A stretch of DNA of 64,000 bases from a virus (lineage: Duplodnaviria; Caudoviricetes). Below the pieces are notes generated by a model, which was not told where the DNA came from, ran no database searches, and worked only from the letters and a program-made list of their open reading frames with translations. The stretch spans positions 8,329 through 72,328 of the IMG/VR virus record IMGVR_UViG_3300037420_001376, one strand, 5' to 3'. Shown piece by piece: positions 19,120-27,218 of this stretch. Made by a program: the position numbers and the translations under genes. The number at the start of each line of letters is the position of its first letter. Position 1 is the stretch's first letter.

Positions 19120-19884
19120 TCACCCTAAAGCTGCACGTCCAGAAGCAATCACCGGCCACTTGGCTTCCAGTTCCTTGCGGCGTTGGGCTGCAGTGGGATT
19201 GGTCGGTGCCGGTCCTGGGGGATTTCCGGTAGAACGGCGTTGACGCGATGGTGGCGGATTATCGTCAATCGTGGGCTTTTTCACCAAATATGGATAATCT
19301 TTAGCAATACGAGAAAGTTCATTTTCAATACCACTAGCTGTTGCTCTTCCGGCTTCTAAATCAACCTCAAGATCATAACCACCGGCGTCTAATTTAGAAA
19401 TCACATCATCGACATTATGAAATTGAAGATTCTCATTTCCCTGAATTGCGTTCACCACTGCAAGGCGCTTAATAACTTGATCCATACGATCAATTGTTTC
19501 CTGAGCCTTAGTTAAATCCTCAGTTAAGGCTTCTTCGCGACCAAGGCTTTTCTTGCGCTCGTCCTCTTCTTTAGTCTGATATCCTTGAAGCGTCTGAGTA
19601 AGCTCAGTATTTTTCTGAGTTAATTGAGCAACCTGCGTAGTTAATTGCGCAAATTGTTCTGGCGTAATTTCTTTTGTACCATCCCCGCCACCTGAACTTG
19701 TGGCACTATCGTCAGGATCACCAGAAGGTTTATTTTCGGCGGGAGTAGAACCAGCGGGCTCGGCTGAGGTTCCACCGAAAATCGGCAAAGCTGCTTTAGC
19801 TGCTTCTAAAGAATTAATCTTTACAGAAAAATCAAAACTATTTGCAGGTGTTAATCCGCTGTATTTGGTTTGGAAGGGCATCAT
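19120..19884 (-). CDS. Scaffolding protein (start uncertain, 19884-19926)
   Basis: Acidic/Gly linker, coiled-coil middle, Pro-rich C-terminus; upstream of capsid. Confidence 0.8.
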   Translation of the reverse strand: MMPFQTKYSGLTPANSFDFSVKINSLEAAKAALPIFGGTSAEPAGSTPAENKPSGDPDDSATSSGGGDGTKEITPEQFAQLTTQVAQLTQKNTELTQTLQGYQTKEEDERKKSLGREEALTEDLTKAQETIDRMDQVIKRLAVVNAIQGNENLQFHNVDDVISKLDAGGYDLEVDLEAGRATASGIENELSRIAKDYPYLVKKPTIDDNPPPSRQRRSTGNPPGPAPTNPTAAQRRKELEAKWPVIASGRAALG

Positions 19885-19915
19885 TTCATGTTCTTTCATG
19901 GGCTGGGTAGAGCGT

Positions 19916-20848
19916 TTACGCTGCATTGCTAATCCAATCGTTATAGTACCCGGCTGTCAAGTTTCTAGTGAACACATCAAGAGATTCGACCTGCGGTGTC
20001 ACAAAGCACCGGCATTGCGGGTGGGGTTTGGGAGGTACGTTGTCAACGTCAAACAATTGTTCTTTGTAACGATCACAAATTTCTATTACGCCATCTTCAA
20101 TTTCATGCGTTTGTGAAGTGTGCCAAACCATGCCTTGAACCCATGGACGATCTTGTGCAAGTGCAACACTAGTAGCATGAAAAGCATTATTAAGCTCGGT
20201 GCGACCGAGACGAAGGGCAGCATAACTGACCCCACCAGGGGTATTTGGCCTAATTGATCTTCTAACTTTTTCTGCAATTTCTTTCGCACTAGCGCCCCTA
20301 ACTATTCCAGAATTAATTTCTCTTTGCACCCACGTATTTGCCATACGCCGGGTTCGATAAACTCTAGTAGATAATGGCTGATTTGATTTTTCGAGGCGCG
20401 ACACCAAGTTTGCCACTGATAATTCTGCCTGCACGTATTGGGATTGAATAAAGCCCTCAACGTTCCCTCTAGAGTTTTTAGCTGATTCAGCGAAAGCTCT
20501 GGAAAGAAAGTCTCTATCAGTTTCTGAGAAGGCAGTAACGGCTGCTCTAGCGGATTCTTTAGACCCGGCAGTAATGAGGGGGATTTGTTTTTTGAAGAGG
20601 TCATTGAGAACCTCGTTGACTATTTTCATCACTAGTCGCAATTGCGCAGTGCGGACACCCGATGAAAAAGTTGAGTTTGTGCTCAAAGCAGAGACTTCTT
20701 GTGCTGCATCTTGCGCTGCTTGGATTAATGCGGTACGAACCTTTGTATCGTGCCGGGACTGTATCATCAGATATTTCGTAAGCCATCTTTTCCTCAAAGT
20801 TTCAAAATCATCATTTAAACCCCCATCTAACGGAGTCGGCCTAGTCAC
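19916..20848 (-). CDS. MuF-like head morphogenesis protein, 310 aa
   Basis: LRLGRTE and C-terminal ICD...PHPQCRC motifs. Confidence 0.85.
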   Translation of the reverse strand: MTRPTPLDGGLNDDFETLRKRWLTKYLMIQSRHDTKVRTALIQAAQDAAQEVSALSTNSTFSSGVRTAQLRLVMKIVNEVLNDLFKKQIPLITAGSKESARAAVTAFSETDRDFLSRAFAESAKNSRGNVEGFIQSQYVQAELSVANLVSRLEKSNQPLSTRVYRTRRMANTWVQREINSGIVRGASAKEIAEKVRRSIRPNTPGGVSYAALRLGRTELNNAFHATSVALAQDRPWVQGMVWHTSQTHEIEDGVIEICDRYKEQLFDVDNVPPKPHPQCRCFVTPQVESLDVFTRNLTAGYYNDWISNAA

Positions 20849-21281
20849 CCAGTAACCTCCACTCCGTTACGTCACCCCTGCTGACCAGGAAATACCGCCA
20901 ACCCAGCGCCGGATTGGGCCAACCCACCAGATCACGCGGGCTCGGCCAGGGGTAGCCGTTGGGATGGGTATGATAAATACCTAAAATCTCAGTTTGCTTT
21001 TTTCCATAAATTTCGTCTAACACCCATTCAGTGTCTTTTGGGTGCATATAAAAATTCATGCGCGGTTCTAAATGTGAATTTAAAACACCGATCACTTCAA
21101 ATTCAGACGTAATGAATCCGCATCGTTCTTCTGAATGTCTAAAGCACTCGTCCAATAATTCAGAACGAGTGCTTTCAGGCAAAGGATTATGAGAGTAGAA
21201 AAGCTGTTCGGCTTGTCTACCCTTAGATGAAATTAAATAATTACTATGTCCAGGGTGCGCTGGATTATTAAGGTCCAACAT
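20841..21281 (-). CDS. JAB/MPN (JAMM) metalloprotease, 146 aa
   Basis: Upstream E (EERCG) plus exact H-x-H-x7-S-x2-D motif (HTHPNGYPWPSPRD). Confidence 0.85.
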   Translation of the reverse strand: MLDLNNPAHPGHSNYLISSKGRQAEQLFYSHNPLPESTRSELLDECFRHSEERCGFITSEFEVIGVLNSHLEPRMNFYMHPKDTEWVLDEIYGKKQTEILGIYHTHPNGYPWPSPRDLVGWPNPALGWRYFLVSRGDVTEWRLLGD

Positions 21282-21293
21282 GATGCTCCGCGT

Positions 21294-21869
21294 CTACTTA
21301 CCACGTCTTTGTGGCCTAACTACTTTTTTACCAGCAATGGCTCGCATTCTCGTGTCGTATTTTTTCACCCCTTTTCGAGTCTGAGTAAGCGGTGTTTTAT
21401 GCTTCCCACGACGTAAAATAATCGTAGGACCGGCTCCGCGAGAACTACCAAGGCGAGCCTGGTGTCTACCGACATTTGCTCGAATTGTGGGATTTGTAAT
21501 CGTAACGTTTTCTTTGAAATATTTCCTGACTTTACCTCGGGTAGTTCCATAGGGCATCGCCTTATTTCCAGCTTTAGCTAATGCTTTATCGATTGCGCCT
21601 TTACGGTTGGTGTTTTCGACCCGAACGTATCCACCAAACACAAGGCGTTTGCCAGTTCCAGGCAAAATTGAGCCGGTATTAAATCCTGCAGTTTGGCTCC
21701 TTTTATTGGCTCGAAGATATGGCACAGTGTTTTTTGTAAAACCATGCTTACCAACCCCACGAGTTACAGGATTACTACCATATAATCTTTTAGACTTTCT
21801 TTTACGTGCTCTACGAGCCTTTGCTAGCGCTGCCGCTCTAGCAGGTGTAAAGACATAGGCTCTAGTCAT
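21294..21869 (-). CDS. Highly basic protein, array member, type A motif, 191 aa
   Basis: YVFTPARAAALAKARRARKRK N-terminus. Confidence 0.8.
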   Translation of the reverse strand: MTRAYVFTPARAAALAKARRARKRKSKRLYGSNPVTRGVGKHGFTKNTVPYLRANKRSQTAGFNTGSILPGTGKRLVFGGYVRVENTNRKGAIDKALAKAGNKAMPYGTTRGKVRKYFKENVTITNPTIRANVGRHQARLGSSRGAGPTIILRRGKHKTPLTQTRKGVKKYDTRMRAIAGKKVVRPQRRGK

Positions 21870-21871
21870 GA

Positions 21872-22240
21872 TTACCGCACTCTACTACGAATTCTTGTTC
21901 CTGTGTGCCTACCAGAGATGTGTGTTGCTCGCCCACGACCGTAGTAACGGAGCGGTTTATGATTTGAACGCAAAGCCACGCCGGGGGCATTTGGATCGAC
22001 CCGTGGTCCTTTAGATAAATAACCTTTGACCGCTTTATAATGTTTAGGAACTAATTGAGGATTGCGTGCATAATTATTTGCATGATGAACTAAAGCACCT
22101 ACGGCAACCGTACCCGCCACGGAGCCAACAGCTTTTAATCCACCAATAACAGCGCGTTTACGCCTTTTTCGTGCGCTCGCTTTTTGTGCTCGTGCTAAAG
22201 CTGCGCGACGTGCAGGGGTCATGCGATAGCGTTTAGCCAT
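21872..22240 (-). CDS. Highly basic protein, array member, type A motif, 122 aa
   Basis: YRMTPARRAALARAQKASARKR followed by Gly/Ala/Val hydrophobic stretch. Confidence 0.8.
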   Translation of the reverse strand: MAKRYRMTPARRAALARAQKASARKRRKRAVIGGLKAVGSVAGTVAVGALVHHANNYARNPQLVPKHYKAVKGYLSKGPRVDPNAPGVALRSNHKPLRYYGRGRATHISGRHTGTRIRSRVR

Positions 22241-22241
22241 A

Positions 22242-23036
22242 TTATTCTCCGAAGTCTTTAATCCACTGCTCTAAAGCTTTAGCCTCAAGAGTTTGTTTTG
22301 GTTGGCCCTTGCGCGTAACACCTGCACGAGAATTAACTGGTTTAATGGGTGGCTTTTTACCTTTTAATTTCTTACCGGCATATACGCGAGTCACCGAACC
22401 GTCAGCGATCATGGAATGCAAAATGCCAGAAGCATCAACATCTTCGCCAGTAATTTTTCCTTTAGCCTGCGCATGTGCGTCTACTGCACGAGAAGCGGCA
22501 TTGCCGGTAACTCGCTTTCCATAAACCAAACCTTTAACGCCTTTAGGTAAAAATTTATCAACGTTATATGGCCGATCAGAACCGGAAATAAGTTTATTGG
22601 TAACTTCTACATCTCGTTGTTGACGTGGGAAAGCATTATTGCGCGATGGATCAACAATATTGGGATTAACTTTTCCAAGGTCAATGCGCGTCATGGTTTT
22701 TGCGCCCTTGGTAGCAGCGGTTTTCTTGGTAGGCTTTTTAATTAAATTTCCACCAATAGCATTGGCTAAACGAACTCGTTCTTTAGAACCCGGTTGCACT
22801 GCGGCTTTCCAACGAACCGAAGTTGCCTGAATACTGGATCTATTTTTATATCCATAGATCGCTGCGGCTCCGACACCAGCAATGGTTGCGCCGACAATTG
22901 CACCTTTAATCGCTGAATTGCGGCGGCCCTTGCGTTTTCTCGCGCTAATTGCCTGCGCTCGTCTAAGCGCGACAGCACGCTTTTGTGTATATCTATATTG
23001 GCCTCGCCGCACATTTCGCCCTCGTTTCTTAGCCAT
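22242..23036 (-). CDS. Highly basic protein, array member, type A motif, 264 aa
   Basis: YRYTQKRAVALRRAQAISARKR plus hydrophobic stretch. Confidence 0.8.
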   Translation of the reverse strand: MAKKRGRNVRRGQYRYTQKRAVALRRAQAISARKRKGRRNSAIKGAIVGATIAGVGAAAIYGYKNRSSIQATSVRWKAAVQPGSKERVRLANAIGGNLIKKPTKKTAATKGAKTMTRIDLGKVNPNIVDPSRNNAFPRQQRDVEVTNKLISGSDRPYNVDKFLPKGVKGLVYGKRVTGNAASRAVDAHAQAKGKITGEDVDASGILHSMIADGSVTRVYAGKKLKGKKPPIKPVNSRAGVTRKGQPKQTLEAKALEQWIKDFGE

Positions 23037-23704
23037 TATCGCCTCTTTAAGTTTCTCAAGTAAACATCTAAAGGTTGACCATTGACTGTTGCCACACTTC
23101 TTGGTCGTTTCGGAACGAATTTTTTATCTTTGTAGTCATCACTTAATCGAATATCTCGACTGGGCAAACTAACCGATTTTCCTTTAGCAAAAGTATATCC
23201 CGGAAAAATCTCTTTTCCACCAAGTGTTTTAATTGGTGTTTCTTTAGGTAATCGTTTACCACCAGAACCATATCCACGAGTGGATTCTTTTCTATACTTT
23301 GGTGCAAATGGATTCTCAAAATGCTGACTGGCTAAAAGTCTATTGGTAGTTGTAGTGCCCAAAACCTGCTTCATGGTTACCGGAGAGTGATTATAAGAAA
23401 GCCTTGTTTTAGTTGCACCTTTAGCACGAATTAAAGAAGCACCAGCTCTATTAACCGCAAATCGTGTACCACTAGGCAACTGTTTTCCTGTGACACTAGA
23501 AACGTTGGCGTGTGTGGTTTTAGAAAAACTAGAGCCCGAAAGACGATGGCGGGCAACAACACCTGCTGTCGTTAAAGCGCCAACACTGACGGCACCAACG
23601 CCAATAGCAATTCTGCGATTACGCTTCTTGCGTGCTTGAACTAAATTCCTACGCGAAGCAACACGCTGTCTTGCAGTAGTTCTTTTACGTCTACGACTAG
23701 CCAC
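23036..23704 (-). CDS. Highly basic protein, array member, type B motif, 222 aa
   Basis: TARQRVASRRNLVQARKKR plus hydrophobic stretch. Confidence 0.8.
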   Translation of the reverse strand: MASRRRKRTTARQRVASRRNLVQARKKRNRRIAIGVGAVSVGALTTAGVVARHRLSGSSFSKTTHANVSSVTGKQLPSGTRFAVNRAGASLIRAKGATKTRLSYNHSPVTMKQVLGTTTTNRLLASQHFENPFAPKYRKESTRGYGSGGKRLPKETPIKTLGGKEIFPGYTFAKGKSVSLPSRDIRLSDDYKDKKFVPKRPRSVATVNGQPLDVYLRNLKRR

Positions 23705-24146
23705 GTCTTGCTCGCTTTCGTCTTTGTGTTCTCGGGCTCATTCCATCATATTTAGAACGAATCTTTTTCTCATAACCTGGCACCAATCCGGCTCTGCGCT
23801 TTGCATCATATAAACCACGCGGCCTACGCACATACGTTGCCTCACCAGAAGAATTAACTTTAAATGCACCTTTTCGCGCAGGAATTGGCCGTTTAACAGT
23901 ACGAACTTTGGTGACATTTCTGCCCGGTGGCAAAGCTAATTGATGGGTGGGATGAAAAGCAGATGGGCGATATGGCCTGCGTAAATGATTAACGTAGCTT
24001 CTACCGGCTACACCCAAAACCGTTGCGGCACCAATGGTTCCAACAATACCTGCGCCAATGGCAATTCTTTTATTTCTTTTACGGCGCGCAGCAATCAAGT
24101 TGCGCCGTGACGCAACTCGCTGTTTTGCACTACGCCGTTTAGCCAT
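23697..24146 (-). CDS. Highly basic protein, array member, type B motif, 149 aa
   Basis: SAKQRVASRRNLIAARRKR plus hydrophobic stretch. Confidence 0.8.
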   Translation of the reverse strand: MAKRRSAKQRVASRRNLIAARRKRNKRIAIGAGIVGTIGAATVLGVAGRSYVNHLRRPYRPSAFHPTHQLALPPGRNVTKVRTVKRPIPARKGAFKVNSSGEATYVRRPRGLYDAKRRAGLVPGYEKKIRSKYDGMSPRTQRRKRARRG

Positions 24147-24367
24147 TAACGTCTACGTCTGCGCTTTCTGTTCTCAATATCATTAATCTCTTTAAGATTA
24201 ACGATCATACCCGCCACGCCTAAAGTGGCTTTATTTCCAGCCCTACGAACACCTTTAGCAATCCAATAACCAACCTGATTTTTGGCGCTGGTGTGTTTCT
24301 TTCGCGCAGAAATCCTTTGGGCCTTTAAAATGGATTGCCTTCGTTTAGGCGTTAAACGATAGGCCAT
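24146..24367 (-). CDS. Highly basic protein, array member, type A motif, 73 aa
   Basis: YRLTPKRRQSILKAQRISARKK; TAATG coupling at both ends. Confidence 0.75.
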   Translation of the reverse strand: MAYRLTPKRRQSILKAQRISARKKHTSAKNQVGYWIAKGVRRAGNKATLGVAGMIVNLKEINDIENRKRRRRR

Positions 24368-24726
24368 TATCGCCTCTGCTTTGCATAAGCGCTATAAACT
24401 TGAGCGTGGGTTAAGTGCTTTACTTTCTTTTTAGATGTTTTGCGCTTCTTTGGTCGTAAAACCCCAACAGCAACGTTGTGTCTACCTACGCGACCACGAA
24501 CGGCAACATGTTGAGAGCTTCTATGAGCACTAATTCTTTTAGTTTTCTTTCTAGACTTAGAATGAGAAACTTGTGCTCGATAACCTTTTTTATGCGCTAA
24601 ATATGCAGCACCACCTGCTAACGCAACACCGGTGGCTACTCCTGCAGCTATACGACGTCTGCGTCGTTTCTTTCGGGCTTTTTCTAGATTTCTCCTAGAA
24701 GCAGCTTTTTGCCTAGCGGTCGCCAT
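24367..24726 (-). CDS. Highly basic protein, array member, type B motif, 119 aa
   Basis: TARQKAASRRNLEKARKKR; 38 K/R against 1 acidic residue by hand count. Confidence 0.8.
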   Translation of the reverse strand: MATARQKAASRRNLEKARKKRRRRRIAAGVATGVALAGGAAYLAHKKGYRAQVSHSKSRKKTKRISAHRSSQHVAVRGRVGRHNVAVGVLRPKKRKTSKKKVKHLTHAQVYSAYAKQRR

Positions 24727-24727
24727 A

Positions 24728-25165
24728 TTAATATCGCGTTCTTACAGAAACCGATCCATGACGGCTTGCAACAAACACACGATTATGCTTGGTAGCACCG
24801 CGACTACGCGCGACGGGGCGTGTATTTGAATAGTGCACTCTGCGCTTTTTATCTTGCTTTAAATGTGCGGCATAGTCGTTATAGAACTTTTTAGAATTAG
24901 CGCTGTACTTTTTAGCAGCGGCTTGGCCTTTTTTATGTTTGCCATAAGCGTGTGCAACATGGGCTGCGCCATAAGCGACTAATGCAGCGCCAGCAACATA
25001 ATTTCCAGCATTGCGCCGTAAATGTCCTTTTACGCCACCACCAGAAATTTTACGATTGGCAGCGGCTAATTTGCCTTTACCTTTTCCACGGCGTTTTCGT
25101 GCAGAAGCGGCTTGAGCTTTTTTCAACGCCGCTCTACGAGCAGGCGTCATTCGATGTGCTGCCAT
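24728..25165 (-). CDS. Highly basic protein, array member, type A motif, 145 aa
   Basis: HRMTPARRAALKKAQAASARKR plus hydrophobic stretch. Confidence 0.8.
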   Translation of the reverse strand: MAAHRMTPARRAALKKAQAASARKRRGKGKGKLAAANRKISGGGVKGHLRRNAGNYVAGAALVAYGAAHVAHAYGKHKKGQAAAKKYSANSKKFYNDYAAHLKQDKKRRVHYSNTRPVARSRGATKHNRVFVASRHGSVSVRTRY

Positions 25166-25332
25166 TATCGCCGCCTAACAGTAAACCTCGGTCCACCACC
25201 AATAAATAATAAGTACACCCCATACACACACAGCAATATCCCAGCAATGAGCAGAATAATATGCAATACGTAGGGCATTACGACTAAAAAAGCGATAAGT
25301 AAACAGGCGATTCCAGCAAGTAACGCTCCCAT
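25165..25332 (-). CDS. Small two-TM membrane protein, 55 aa (below ORF-track cutoff)
   Basis: Hand translation MGALLAGIACLLIAFLVVMPYVLHIILLIAGILLCVYGVYLLFIGGGPRFTVRRR; TAATG coupling at both ends. Confidence 0.75.
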   Translation of the reverse strand: MGALLAGIACLLIAFLVVMPYVLHIILLIAGILLCVYGVYLLFIGGGPRFTVRRR

Positions 25333-25517
25333 TAGCGTCTACCTTTCTTTCCAGAATGCTTGGATTCGGGCAGGCGGCGATACCTTATTTTTTTGCCGCC
25401 TTTAGTGCGATGGGCCATGCGATGCGCGAATTCTTTTTTGTTCGCGAAAGCCCATTTCCATTGCTTTTTCGAGAAGAAGCCAGTTTTGCGACCTTTACGC
25501 TTTTTCTTTTTTGCCAC
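25332..25517 (-). CDS. Small basic protein, 61 aa
   Basis: FFSKKQWKWAFA motif; first gene after portal. Confidence 0.75.
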   Translation of the reverse strand: MAKKKKRKGRKTGFFSKKQWKWAFANKKEFAHRMAHRTKGGKKIRYRRLPESKHSGKKGRR

Positions 25518-25556
25518 GTCACATCACCTGAAGTGTTGATCATCGTGGCTAAGATT

Positions 25557-27209
25557 CTACGCGGTCACACCCAAATCAACGGTTTGCTCATCCGGCGTGT
25601 TGGGCACGGGATTGCCCTGGTCATCGACGCTTTGGCCCTGATCTTGGCCACCTGCGCCCAACGCGAACGGATCTAGCGCTGCGGCCTGGGCAGCACTTTG
25701 AGATACCAACATTTCTGCTAAATCATCATCGGTTAACGGATTTCCCAAAGCATCATGAGTTGGCCACTTCCATCCTAATTCTCTTAGCTTTTGAATCATC
25801 ATTACTGTGAGAATCATATTGGATGAATATAAAAGTTGTGTCTCGGTGATTTCAGTATCACGGTTTTTCGGCATGGGATCATCAAACACACACACCACGG
25901 TAAGCTCTGCCATTTTTGCCGCATCGCCAAACATTTCTGGCTCATAGGCGGGCAACCATTGCGTGGTAATATCGAAATGCATCTGATCTAAAATCATGAG
26001 CATTTCAAGTTCTAGCTCTTCATTAGACGCCAACAAAGGCATCATTTGAAGTTGTAGCGATATTCCGCTTTCAGCAACCGCCACATCAACGCGACCAATC
26101 GCAATTTCAGGCGTACCTGAAGATTCGCTAATACCTTTTTCATCAATCCAATTCATGTGTTCTTGGAATGGGGAAACCGAATCCACACCAGTAACTTTGT
26201 CAAATTTCTGTTCTTGACCAATTTCAATGACTTGTTTCGGCCCAATATTCCAATCGGTGGGATTGCCATTATCATCTTTGGGTCTACCGGCAGTGGTGAC
26301 ATACATGCCCAAACCCTGAAAAACAATGGTGCAATCTTCATCCGTTAAAGATTGATTGATCGCATAAAGGAGTGTTTCAAGCCCCGTAAGTATAGAGTGT
26401 CCCCAAGTAGAATTTTGAGGCGCTCTTGTTCTCCATTTATAGATGGGAAGATTTGTGATGGGCACAGAATCAGACCCAATGAATTCCGGATCTTCGTCTT
26501 GATCACTATTGACAACTCGTTCTTGGTCTTCACGAGCTTTAACACTGCGATCATCCCATTTCCCTAATTCATAAAACTTCAGTTCGCTAGTGACGCCAGT
26601 GACCGTGCCGGTTTCATCATAGACTTTGCGAAAAGTACGAACTTTAGCCACTTGCTTATCGGGCTTATCCGGTTCACGGAAGTCCTGAACTTTTTCAACA
26701 ATATGATAACCACTTACTTCTTTGGCATCATGGGGAGACTCATTGATTTCAAAGATAAATCGGGGATCGAGTTCTTCGATACAAATTCGTTTTCCAGAAG
26801 TTTTATTAGGTTTGGCGTATACATAAAAGGCTGCATCTCCACGGACGAGGCCCCATCGTTTGTTTGACTCAAATTTACTCCTAATGCCTTCGCGCTTATA
26901 CGTATCTGCCCACCAAGCATCAACTGCTAATTGTGCAGCTTCATCACCAGTAGCATCAACAAACCATTGAAGATTTTTACCAAGAAAACGAGTAGTCGCC
27001 TCTACAATCTTTTTAGCATTGGGAACAATCAGGGGAACTTGATCTTCACCACGTAAATTCAGCGCAAGATTTATAGTAGAGTTAATATATAAATCTTCGT
27101 AATAATCGTACGCCTGAATGCGCTTTAAATCCCACGGGTCAACAATATTATCGTCGCCAGTTGTCAAAAAATCTAAAGCGGCTTCATATTGCTTATTATT
27201 GTAGGGCAT
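25557..27209 (-). CDS. Portal protein, 550 aa
   Basis: Follows terminase; RIQAYDYYEDLY and AESGISL motifs. Confidence 0.9.
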   Translation of the reverse strand: MPYNNKQYEAALDFLTTGDDNIVDPWDLKRIQAYDYYEDLYINSTINLALNLRGEDQVPLIVPNAKKIVEATTRFLGKNLQWFVDATGDEAAQLAVDAWWADTYKREGIRSKFESNKRWGLVRGDAAFYVYAKPNKTSGKRICIEELDPRFIFEINESPHDAKEVSGYHIVEKVQDFREPDKPDKQVAKVRTFRKVYDETGTVTGVTSELKFYELGKWDDRSVKAREDQERVVNSDQDEDPEFIGSDSVPITNLPIYKWRTRAPQNSTWGHSILTGLETLLYAINQSLTDEDCTIVFQGLGMYVTTAGRPKDDNGNPTDWNIGPKQVIEIGQEQKFDKVTGVDSVSPFQEHMNWIDEKGISESSGTPEIAIGRVDVAVAESGISLQLQMMPLLASNEELELEMLMILDQMHFDITTQWLPAYEPEMFGDAAKMAELTVVCVFDDPMPKNRDTEITETQLLYSSNMILTVMMIQKLRELGWKWPTHDALGNPLTDDDLAEMLVSQSAAQAAALDPFALGAGGQDQGQSVDDQGNPVPNTPDEQTVDLGVTA

Positions 27210-27218
27210 CGCACTAGC

